From NCBI GenBank assembly GCA_018433085.1, contig JAHDRW010000041.1:19386-83385 (forward strand): a DNA stretch of 64,000 nt. The letters run 5' to 3'. Origin of the DNA: Deltaproteobacteria bacterium (GTDB lineage Bacteria > Desulfobacterota > Desulfomonilia > UBA1062). The position numbers and the translations under genes were made by a program. Every line of letters starts with the position of its first letter. Position 1 is the stretch's first letter. Shown here piece by piece: positions 8,886 to 21,346 of the stretch. Under the pieces are notes generated by a model. The model was not told the DNA's origin. It ran no database searches and worked only from the letters and a program-made list of their open reading frames with translations.

Positions 8886-8920
8886 GCGCCCCTTTTAAGG
8901 CCTTGCCTTAAAAGGGGCGC
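8886..8920. terminator. bidirectional hairpin terminator between convergent pdxT and the sigma-54 activator gene
   Basis: GCGCCCCTTTTAAGGC (8886-8901) pairs perfectly with GCCTTAAAAGGGGCGC (8905-8920) around a 3-nt loop, a 16-bp stem. There is no long U tract on either side. Confidence 0.6.
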
Positions 8921-8952
8921 CGTATTGCGCGATGCAGACCCCCCGGCACCTC

Positions 8953-10473
<1,521 letters not shown>

Positions 10474-10579
10474 AGGGCTGTTCCTCTATCGCCTTTGCGT
10501 CCTGTCTTCGCATCGTTCATACGTTATTCCCCTGTCGCATCCCGTTCCCCTCGCCGAGGGATCCGGGCCTGCCTCTTCC

Positions 10580-13198
10580 CTATCCTTCGAAAAAGCACAT
10601 CACCTTTTGCTGCACCACGTTCGAGACGATTCGCACCTTTTTGTCGCGCACATCGAAGACCCGGACCACGTCCCGGTATTTTTTCTCCTCCGGCAGGACC
10701 TCTTCCAGGATATCGGTCAGCCCGTCCTGCCACGATGAGTTGTAGTACACCCCCTCTTTCCAGGGGAAGACGGCCACGAAGAAGATCCGGTTCTCCACGA
10801 GGTCCTGGAAAAAGTGCGTGCCGTAGGAGAGCTCGGGCATGAGGTTGCCCTCGATGGAGGCGATCTCTCCCAGGACCGTCATGTTGCTGATCTCGGAGAA
10901 GTGCACCGGCACGCCCAGGGTGGGCGTGGTGGTTCCCCACCTGCCGGGCCCCAGGAGCATGGTGGGCAGGGCGGTGTGTGCGGAAGCCTGCCGGTTCAGG
11001 AGTCCCACCACCCGGCCGATGTCGTACTTCCGCTGCAGCGGAAGATCCATATATGCCCGGGGCTCCACAGAGATGATGCGGTCGATGGGCTGCGAGATGC
11101 TGCCCCCCATGAAGTTGCCGTTCATGCGGAACAGGACGTTCCTGTCGTCGACCTGCCCGGGAAACTCAACGGGCCTCTCCTCGCCGATGGTCTGCAGCGG
11201 CCGGCACTGGACCAGATTTATCCGAAAATCCTTCCGGCCCGTGAAATTGACCGTGAACTCGACGTCCACGGGATAATCGTAGCCTCTCTCCAGAATTTTC
11301 ATCATGGACTGCATCAGGGAGGGGAAATCGGTGCGGGAGAGGAAGTCGTCGAAGGTGATGATCCATGCATCCTGATCCTTCCTGCCGTACTCCCTGAGCC
11401 TTTGGCTCGTCTCGTCGTCGAACACCGCGACGCTCTGAAGGGGCATTTCGATGCGCTCGCGGGCGAGATCAACAAACGCACGGGTCTGGAGCTCGTTGTC
11501 GTGAGTGTTGATCACGTCCACGCTATGCTGGGAGAAGGCGCGCAGGTCGTCCATCCCGGCAAAGGGCCGCTTCAGGGGATCGTCCAGGGCCACCAGCCGG
11601 GGATAGTCCCCCTCCACCCGGTCCACGGCCCGGGTTCCCAGACCGAGCACCATCCTGAGCATGCCTGCCTTCGGATCCATGCCCTCCTTCCAGACAAAGG
11701 TGTTGCGCGACACCCCCACCCCTCCGATATCCGGGAAGAAATACGGCCCGCGGTAGGAGCCGGACACCCGCTGGACCAGCAGGGCCATCTGCTCGTCCTG
11801 GAACTCCAGCCCCCGCTGCCTGCGGTAGATAAGGGCGCTCTCGTCCATGGTGCTGGCGAAGACCCGCTTGACCGCATCCTCGAACCCGGCGTAGCGCTCC
11901 TCGGGCGGGCCCTGGTTCGCGCAGAAGACGCTCTCGTACTTGCCGGCAAACGCGTTGCCGAAGGAGTCTTCGAGCAGCGAGCTGGAGCGAACGATGATGG
12001 GCGACTGCCCGAAATACTCGATGATCTGGTAGAAGTGCTCCTTGATGTCGTCCGGAAACACCCCCTCGCGCATCCTCTCCGCGAGCACCGGCGCCATGCC
12101 GAAAAACCCCTCGGGCGTCTTCTGTTCCATGCGCAGCTTCCAGCAGCCGTTGTTCACGAGATAGGAATAAAAGACGTCGGAGCCGATATAAAACGAGTCG
12201 TGGGGCTCCAGACGGTTGTTCCAGTCCCTGCCCGTGTCCTCGGCCAGGAGCTTCCGGGAGAGCAGGAGCCCCACGGTCTTGCCGCCGATGAAGCCCGAGC
12301 CGATGAGGCGCACCTTGATGTCCAGCAGATCCTCCAGGCTCAGGTGCTCCTTGACCAGGGCGGACATCCTCGGATCGCGGGTGATCATGAGATCGCAGAG
12401 CTGGGAGACCATCCGCCGCCGCCCCTGCTCCCCGGTATGGGTCGAGGTCAGGCCCTCGGCCTCCATGAAGAGCCTGTCCCAGTAATCCAGGTTCCTCCTC
12501 GAGCTTTCCGTGAACCGCGACATGTGCGTGAAGAGCTTCGAGGCGTCCACGCTGCTGGTCACGGGGATGAACTTCTCCCCCTTTTCCAGGTGGGGCAGGA
12601 ACATGGTGGGTGAATACCGTTTCCATACCTTCAGAGGCTGGACATAAAAATCGCTGTCACAGTTGTATGTATCCAGCAGAACCTGAGTAGTCTCCCTGAT
12701 CCGTGCCACGGTTGCATACGAATGCCGGTTTCTCACCAGGGCGAAATAGGCGACGGTCTTGAGCTCGAAGAGGTAGGGACAGGTGATGAGAAAGAAGTTT
12801 CCGATCATCAGGTCCGTGGCCCATGCCGAGAGCAGATCGGAAAGGCTGTCGAACACATAGTACGCCCCCACCCCCTCGCCGGTGATGATCGTGTGCACCT
12901 GGGTGGAGAACGTCTCGAACCCCTGGCTCGAATCCAGGCGATGGATGGTGAGACCTTCCCGGGGCTGCACCAGGGGCTCGTGCTGAGCGAAACGCATGTA
13001 GACGACCCGGTTGCGTTCATCGAGCGCCCTGGCCACGAACCGTTCCGCGATGTCCTGATAATCGCGGATGTCGTCAACCTGCCAGACCACGTTGTCGCCC
13101 GGCCGCAGCCAGTCGATAACGGGGTCAAGGCCCTGAAGACCCGTACTGACATGATTGATCGCCTTCATTGAGTTATCCCGTAGCACATTATGATTCAT
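10580..13198 (-). CDS. PEP/pyruvate-binding (PPDK_N ATP-grasp) domain protein with a degenerate RecA/KaiC-like N-terminal domain
   Basis: 872 aa. The N-terminus has STGLQGLDPVIDWLRPGDNVVWQVDDIRDY and VFDSLSDLL, a KaiC-like layout without a Walker A GxxxxGK[ST]. The centre has GGKTVGLLLSRKLL and IVRSSSLLEDSFGNAFAGKYESV (PPDK_N). I found no GGxTSH phosphohistidine motif. Confidence 0.7.
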   Translation of the reverse strand: MNHNVLRDNSMKAINHVSTGLQGLDPVIDWLRPGDNVVWQVDDIRDYQDIAERFVARALDERNRVVYMRFAQHEPLVQPREGLTIHRLDSSQGFETFSTQVHTIITGEGVGAYYVFDSLSDLLSAWATDLMIGNFFLITCPYLFELKTVAYFALVRNRHSYATVARIRETTQVLLDTYNCDSDFYVQPLKVWKRYSPTMFLPHLEKGEKFIPVTSSVDASKLFTHMSRFTESSRRNLDYWDRLFMEAEGLTSTHTGEQGRRRMVSQLCDLMITRDPRMSALVKEHLSLEDLLDIKVRLIGSGFIGGKTVGLLLSRKLLAEDTGRDWNNRLEPHDSFYIGSDVFYSYLVNNGCWKLRMEQKTPEGFFGMAPVLAERMREGVFPDDIKEHFYQIIEYFGQSPIIVRSSSLLEDSFGNAFAGKYESVFCANQGPPEERYAGFEDAVKRVFASTMDESALIYRRQRGLEFQDEQMALLVQRVSGSYRGPYFFPDIGGVGVSRNTFVWKEGMDPKAGMLRMVLGLGTRAVDRVEGDYPRLVALDDPLKRPFAGMDDLRAFSQHSVDVINTHDNELQTRAFVDLARERIEMPLQSVAVFDDETSQRLREYGRKDQDAWIITFDDFLSRTDFPSLMQSMMKILERGYDYPVDVEFTVNFTGRKDFRINLVQCRPLQTIGEERPVEFPGQVDDRNVLFRMNGNFMGGSISQPIDRIISVEPRAYMDLPLQRKYDIGRVVGLLNRQASAHTALPTMLLGPGRWGTTTPTLGVPVHFSEISNMTVLGEIASIEGNLMPELSYGTHFFQDLVENRIFFVAVFPWKEGVYYNSSWQDGLTDILEEVLPEEKKYRDVVRVFDVRDKKVRIVSNVVQQKVMCFFEG

Positions 13199-13252
13199 GA
13201 TTGAAACCTATTCATGATTTTTGGACAATATTTAGCCCGTTTATATTTAATG

Positions 13253-13264
13253 TACAATATTGTA
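13253..13264. promoter_or_regulatory. 12-bp perfect palindrome TACAATATTGTA, candidate upstream activator site
   Basis: Self-complementary. Its centre lies ~75 bp upstream of the amtB -24 element. A related ACAATATT sits 29 bp further upstream at 13225-13232. Confidence 0.3.
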
Positions 13265-13302
13265 TCAAGTCATATCTGCGACCTGCCAGATATTATCAAA
13301 GG

Positions 13303-13315
13303 TATCAAAAGGTTG
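13303..13315 (+). promoter_or_regulatory. IHF-consensus-like site between the palindrome and the sigma-54 promoter
   Basis: TATCAAAAGGTTG fits WATCAANNNNTTR exactly. Its position between the putative UAS and -24/-12 is the classical sigma-54 promoter layout. Confidence 0.35.
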
Positions 13316-13330
13316 TGTACCATGAACAGC

Positions 13331-13345
13331 TGGCACCCCCCTTGC
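13331..13345 (+). promoter_or_regulatory. sigma-54 (-24/-12) promoter of amtB-glnK-glnD
   Basis: TGGCAC-CCCCC-TTGC, flanked as CTGGCAC...TTGCT, is a perfect match to YTGGCAC-N5-TTGCW. It ends 48 nt before the amtB ATG, and AAAGGAG precedes the start. Confidence 0.75.
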
Positions 13346-13392
13346 TCTCTCTGCCCAAGCATAAACCTTGTGATGAAAGGAGACCAATTCTT

Positions 13393-14598
13393 ATGATTTC
13401 TTCAGGTGATACCGCTTGGATGCTTGTTGCAACCGCACTGGTCATGCTCATGACGCCAGGGCTCGCCCTTTTCTATGGGGGCCTGGTGCGCTCGAAGAAC
13501 GTCTTGGGCACCATGATGCAGAGCTTCATCTGCCTGGGACTGGTTTCCATTCTCTGGATCGCCTATGGATACAGCCTGGCCTTCGGCGGTGACGTCGGCG
13601 GCATTATCGGCACATTCCAGTGGATCGGCTTCAAGGGCGTAGGTAACGAGGCGGGGCCGTATTCAGATACCATACCGCATCTGCTCTTCGCGGCCTTCCA
13701 GCTCATGTTCGCCATCATCACCCCGGCTCTGATCACGGGCGCGTTTGCCGAACGGATGAAGTTCTCCGGGTTTCTCCTCTTCGTCATTCTCTGGAGCACG
13801 CTCGTGTATCTTCCGGTGTGCCACTGGGTCTGGGGCGGCGGATGGCTGGGCAGGCTGGGAGCGCTCGACTTTGCCGGCGGCACGGTCATTCACGTCAACT
13901 CCGGCACGGGCGCACTGGTGGCAGCCCTGATCATCGGGAGGCGGAAAGGCTACAAAACCCAGGCCATCTATCCCCATAACCTGCCGCTCACGGTGCTCGG
14001 CGCGTCGCTTCTGTGGTTCGGATGGTTCGGTTTCAATGCGGGCAGCGCCCTGGCCGCAAACGGAACCGCGACCCTGGCGTTCTTTACCACACAGGTCGCT
14101 ACGGGTACTGCGGCTCTCTCGTGGATCCTGGCCGAGAAGATCATCCGGGGAAAACCCACCACTTTGGGCGCGGTGTCCGGAGCGGTTGCCGGCCTGGTAG
14201 CCATCACCCCGGCGGCAGGGTTCGTGGGACCTGTCTCGGCGATCATCATCGGCTTTGTGGCGGGAATCCTCTGCTATCTGGCGGTACTGCTCAAGGAGCG
14301 GCTCGGGTACGACGACTCTCTCGATGTGGTGGCTGTCCACGGCATCGGGGGCCTCTGGGGGGCGCTCGCCACCGGTCTGTTCGCATCGGTGGGGGCCAGC
14401 GGCCTGTTCTTCGGGAACGCCCATCAGCTCTTGATCCAGATCATCGGTGCAGGCAGCGCTATCATCTACTCGGGCATTGTTACCACGATCATCCTCCTGG
14501 GGCTGAAATACACCGTGGGCCTGAGGGTGAGCGAGGAAGAGGAGATCCAGGGCCTGGATGTGAGCCAGCACAACGAAACCGGATACGCCATCCGCTGA
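13393..14598 (+). CDS. amtB: ammonium transporter
   Basis: MISSGDTAWMLVATALVMLMTPGLALFYGGLVRSKN...DFAGGTVIHVNSG...GFNAGSA...VHGIGGLWGAL is the Amt family signature. Start moved from 13201 to ATG 13393 (AAAGGAG 10 nt upstream). The sigma-54 promoter lies inside the longer ORF. Confidence 0.95.
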   Translation: MISSGDTAWMLVATALVMLMTPGLALFYGGLVRSKNVLGTMMQSFICLGLVSILWIAYGYSLAFGGDVGGIIGTFQWIGFKGVGNEAGPYSDTIPHLLFAAFQLMFAIITPALITGAFAERMKFSGFLLFVILWSTLVYLPVCHWVWGGGWLGRLGALDFAGGTVIHVNSGTGALVAALIIGRRKGYKTQAIYPHNLPLTVLGASLLWFGWFGFNAGSALAANGTATLAFFTTQVATGTAALSWILAEKIIRGKPTTLGAVSGAVAGLVAITPAAGFVGPVSAIIIGFVAGILCYLAVLLKERLGYDDSLDVVAVHGIGGLWGALATGLFASVGASGLFFGNAHQLLIQIIGAGSAIIYSGIVTTIILLGLKYTVGLRVSEEEEIQGLDVSQHNETGYAIR

Positions 14599-14676
14599 TC
14601 TGTCCGGACAGAAATGATATCCGGGTCGTACCGACAGGGTCAACGGAATCACAGGCGATGCAACCAAGCAGAATAA

Positions 14677-17545
<2,869 letters not shown>

Positions 17546-17642
17546 GCAATCAAAGGAGGATTCATCCCTTCACAGGGAGGGTAAAAACAGGGTATAGAAT
17601 GCGGGCGGTTTCTGCCGCTGTACCAGGGGAGAAGGTGACAAC

Positions 17643-18422
17643 ATGCTGAGCAAGAGGATCATCGTGTGCCTCGACGTGAGGGACGGAAAGACCACCAAGG
17701 GGGTCAGGTTCGAGGGCAACGTGGATATCGGCGACCCGGTGACCATGGCCAGGGAGTACTACGAGCAGGGTGTTGACGAGCTCGTTTTCTACGACATCAC
17801 GGCGTCACACGAGAGGCGGGACATCATGATCGACGTGGTCGATCGCGTGGCCCGCGAGATCTTCATCCCCTTTTCCGTGGGCGGCGGCGTCCGAAGCGTC
17901 GACGATATGTACCGGGCCCTTGACGCAGGGGCCGAAAAGATCAGCGTGAACTCGGCCGCGGTGCGCAACCCGGACATCATCTCCCGGGGCGCCCGCCATT
18001 TCGGGAGCCAGTGCATCGTGCTCGGGATGGACTCCAAAAAGGTCCCGGCCTCTCCCGCCATACCCTCGGGCTATGAGGTGGCGATCAACGGCGGCAGGAC
18101 CTTCACGGGCATGGACGCCCTGCAGTGGGCCAGAAAGGCCGAAGATCTGGGCGCCGGGGAAATCTGTCTGAACTCCATCGACGCCGACGGCACCAACGAC
18201 GGCTACGAGCTCGACCTCACCCGCATGATCTCGCGCAGCGTGGGCATACCGGTCATCGCCTCGGGCGGGGCAGGCCGGCCGGAACATCTGCGCGACGTCT
18301 TCCTCCATGCGGATGCCGATGCCGCGCTCATCGCCTCCATGGTCCACTTCGGCCGCTACACCATCCCGGGCATCAAGGCCTTTCTCACAAACGCGCACAT
18401 CCCGGTGCGGAACGTAGTCTGA
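17643..18422 (+). CDS. hisF: imidazole glycerol phosphate synthase cyclase subunit
   Basis: [33 protein letters not shown]...FSVGGGVRS...VIASGGAG matches HisF. No hisH or hisA lies next to it. Confidence 0.9.
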   Translation: MLSKRIIVCLDVRDGKTTKGVRFEGNVDIGDPVTMAREYYEQGVDELVFYDITASHERRDIMIDVVDRVAREIFIPFSVGGGVRSVDDMYRALDAGAEKISVNSAAVRNPDIISRGARHFGSQCIVLGMDSKKVPASPAIPSGYEVAINGGRTFTGMDALQWARKAEDLGAGEICLNSIDADGTNDGYELDLTRMISRSVGIPVIASGGAGRPEHLRDVFLHADADAALIASMVHFGRYTIPGIKAFLTNAHIPVRNVV

Positions 18423-18678
18423 GCCAGGATCTTCCACCCCGGAGGCCCTGTCTCTATCTCTCGGCCCGCGTATCGGCCCCGAGAGGTTTCATGACATGAA
18501 CAGAGACCGGTACCTCTCTTGCGGGGTTTTCTCGGAATCCTGCCGCTGTCTGCTCTTTGGAACCGGCAACCGCCCCCCGGCCGCGAAATGCTCCTCGAGC
18601 CGCTCAACCCGGGGCCCTGGGTGATAAATCAGTTCAGGAGAGCGAATGCTCGGCGGCTTCTGATGCACGAGCGCGAGA

Positions 18679-20322
18679 TCACTCGCCCGATGTCCTGAAC
18701 TTTTTCACGTCGCTGGAGAGCACCGAGGCATCCGCCCTGAGACTGTCAAGGGTACTGGCAAGCTCTTCAACGGTGGTGGCGTTGTTCTGGGTGAATGAGT
18801 CTATCTGGCTGACGGCTATGGAGAGTTCCTTCATGTTCTGGCTCTGCTCCATGCTCGCCGTGGTGACCTCTTCCATCATCTTGAAGAAGAAATCGAAGCG
18901 CGACATGAGCTCTTCGAGGGACTCGGCCGTCTTTTTCATGAAGTCGTCACCGGTCTTGATACGGCCCACGGTTCCGTCGATGAGGTTCCGGATCTCCCTG
19001 GCCGCATCGGCCGAGCGCTGGGCAAGGGCACGGACCTCACCTGCCACCACCGCAAACCCTTTCCCGTGTTCACCTGCCCGGGCGGCCTCCACCGATGCAT
19101 TCAGGGCCAGGAGGTTGGTCTGGAAGGCCACCTCATTAACCGTCACCACGATATCCCCGATCTTCCGGGAATCCTGGGAAATCTCCCGGGTGGCATCTAT
19201 CAGACTGGAGAATACCTCCCTGTTTTTATCGACGAGCCCGGTGATAATCTGGGAGGTTTCCCTTCCCTCTGTCACCACCTTGGTGTTGTGCTGAATCGAT
19301 GCGTTCATCTCTTCTATCGATGCGGATATCTCCTCAATTGACGCCGACTGTTCCTGCGTCGCCTGTGACAGGCCCTGTGAGCCCGAGCTTACCTGCTCGA
19401 TAGACCGATAGAGCTGTAAAGAGAGTTGCCTCACATGCCGTATGATCTCTTCCAGATTGTTCATGAACTCGTTGAACCAGTGGGCAAGCTGGCCCACCTC
19501 ATCGATGCCCCTCACCTCCAGCCGTCTTGTGAGATCGCCTTTGCCTCCCGCCATGTCCTTGAGCATGCGGGACATGCTGCCAATGGAGAAGGTTATCCCC
19601 TTCATGAGCAGATATCCGTTGAGGAAGGTCATAATGACGGTCTGGATGACTATGAGAGGAAAGCTCATCTGGATGGAGGAAAGCGGCACGCCGGCGAATA
19701 TGGAGAGATAGATGGTGCCGATCAGATCGCCGATGGGAGGGATTGCGATGAGAAGAATGATGGCAAAGAGCTTCTGGTTGAGACTGATTCTCAGATAACC
19801 CGTGCCGTCGGCGAGGAGGCCCTTTCTGCTACACTCCCGGTAAAAGGGGGCGAGGCTGTTCTCGGCCACCAGGTAATAGAGCGCCATTCCTGACAATCCG
19901 GTCATGCCCAGGATATTGCCCCCGAATATGAGCAAATCGTACGGCAGATAATCTTTCATGTAAAGGGGCATCACCACGGAAAGCCATGCGATCCCGGCCC
20001 ACCTGACGAATATGAGGACAGCCTCTGCAAAGGGAAGGATCGAAGCACAGCGCAGGGCATACCTTGCCTCCTGCTCGTCAAGTCCTCCATCCTCCATCAC
20101 CCTGACGGCAGGACTCACCAGATGATATTTGACCGCCGCTCCGATGGCCACCGAAATTACGGTCTGCAGGAATACCAGGGTGATGCCTTCGAGAAAATGT
20201 TCCCTGAACCCTTGAGATATGGGGAGGAAAAACATGACGACCGTCGGCACCAGCACGAGATACGTGATCCCTTCCTGGAACAGAAACGGGTGCAGGAAAA
20301 AGACCTTTGTGTACTCCTTCAT
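18679..20322 (-). CDS. methyl-accepting chemotaxis protein with multi-pass membrane N-terminus and HAMP domain
   Basis: C-terminal signalling domain ([37 protein letters not shown]), a HAMP-like segment and about 6 hydrophobic helices at the N-terminus. The ORF-track start at 20328 is TTG. ATG 20322 has GGAAGG 7 nt upstream. Confidence 0.9.
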   Translation of the reverse strand: MKEYTKVFFLHPFLFQEGITYLVLVPTVVMFFLPISQGFREHFLEGITLVFLQTVISVAIGAAVKYHLVSPAVRVMEDGGLDEQEARYALRCASILPFAEAVLIFVRWAGIAWLSVVMPLYMKDYLPYDLLIFGGNILGMTGLSGMALYYLVAENSLAPFYRECSRKGLLADGTGYLRISLNQKLFAIILLIAIPPIGDLIGTIYLSIFAGVPLSSIQMSFPLIVIQTVIMTFLNGYLLMKGITFSIGSMSRMLKDMAGGKGDLTRRLEVRGIDEVGQLAHWFNEFMNNLEEIIRHVRQLSLQLYRSIEQVSSGSQGLSQATQEQSASIEEISASIEEMNASIQHNTKVVTEGRETSQIITGLVDKNREVFSSLIDATREISQDSRKIGDIVVTVNEVAFQTNLLALNASVEAARAGEHGKGFAVVAGEVRALAQRSADAAREIRNLIDGTVGRIKTGDDFMKKTAESLEELMSRFDFFFKMMEEVTTASMEQSQNMKELSIAVSQIDSFTQNNATTVEELASTLDSLRADASVLSSDVKKFRTSGE

Positions 20323-20977
20323 GAGCAACCTTCCTTTCCCGATAAAATTCTTTTTAAGTCATATTGTATGCTTATATTATTCATTTCATACTTCCTGGGT
20401 ATATCGGTGACGCAGGGCTATAAATTTAATCGCATACCTGCCGGCAACTTCCAGATGCAAGAAAAGAGGGAGCCCTGCCCGGGAAGACAGAAAAACAAAC
20501 CGGATGTTCGGAAAAAGCCGACTCCTGGAAACCACCAAACCGAAAGATTCGCAAGAATGAACACCCTCCGCCCTCGACGGGGAAATCGGTGCATAGGGAG
20601 GTTCGTGTATATATTATTTCTTATAGAAATGTTCGATCTCCACTCTGATGTCCGTCTATTGAGATATGCAATAGCTTTCTATGGCCCTGTGTTTCCAGAC
20701 ACCCTCAAAATATCTATGCGTGAATCCATGGAAATATTTATCCGCAGCCAATTGATACAGAGGGCATAGCTTATTGTCCTGATTTTAAGAATTGGATCGA
20801 TATATTGTTGGGGCAACAGTCAATGCTGCAAATTGTTCAATTTCGTACGTACACTTACAATTTTTACCGATTTAAAGGTCTATCAAATAGGCAAGCCCTG
20901 GATATTACGTCGTATTGAGACAGGCATGGTTATTGTAATATACTGAGATCATATACGTGGATATAGGGGGAGGGGTT

Positions 20978-21181
20978 ATGCGCACTGAAGAACAACAAAC
21001 AGATCACAGCGATATTAATCTCATCAAATCAAGGATCTCCAATTTGTTTAACCAGTGCCTTGATGACATAGAGAAGACTGTATCGGTAGCCGGTCTTACA
21101 ATGAAAGACGTAGGTATCGATATGGAAAAATACACATTATATGGATGCACATGTATTGTTGAGTTGAAGTTACAGCTATAG
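20978..21181 (+). CDS. small hypothetical protein (67 aa) inside the AT-rich island
   Basis: ATG 20978 is preceded by GGGGGAGGGG (SD) 4 nt upstream. The product is MRTEEQQTDHSDINLIKSRISNLFNQCLDDIEKTVSVAGLTMKDVGIDMEKYTLYGCTCIVELKLQL. GC content is far below that of the flanks, and I recognise no family. Confidence 0.35.
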   Translation: MRTEEQQTDHSDINLIKSRISNLFNQCLDDIEKTVSVAGLTMKDVGIDMEKYTLYGCTCIVELKLQL

Positions 21182-21346
21182 CACCAGGATATTCGAAAGT
21201 TATTTGTATTCAGGAACTCAGTTTATCAAAGTACAGATTTTGGCTATCTATAACCCTCTCCGGTCGGGGCGCGTGATCCGGAATCCGCTTCCCGGTCCTC
21301 GAGATGCCTTATCCGGACCGCTGCACCGCCGTTTACTGGATTGATC

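Noticed and set aside
17558-17567. GGATTCATCC upstream of hisF, identical to the 3-prime end of repeat copy B
   Set aside because: It is only a 10-nt match with no flanking similarity, and a match of this length is plausible by chance in 64 kb searched on both strands.
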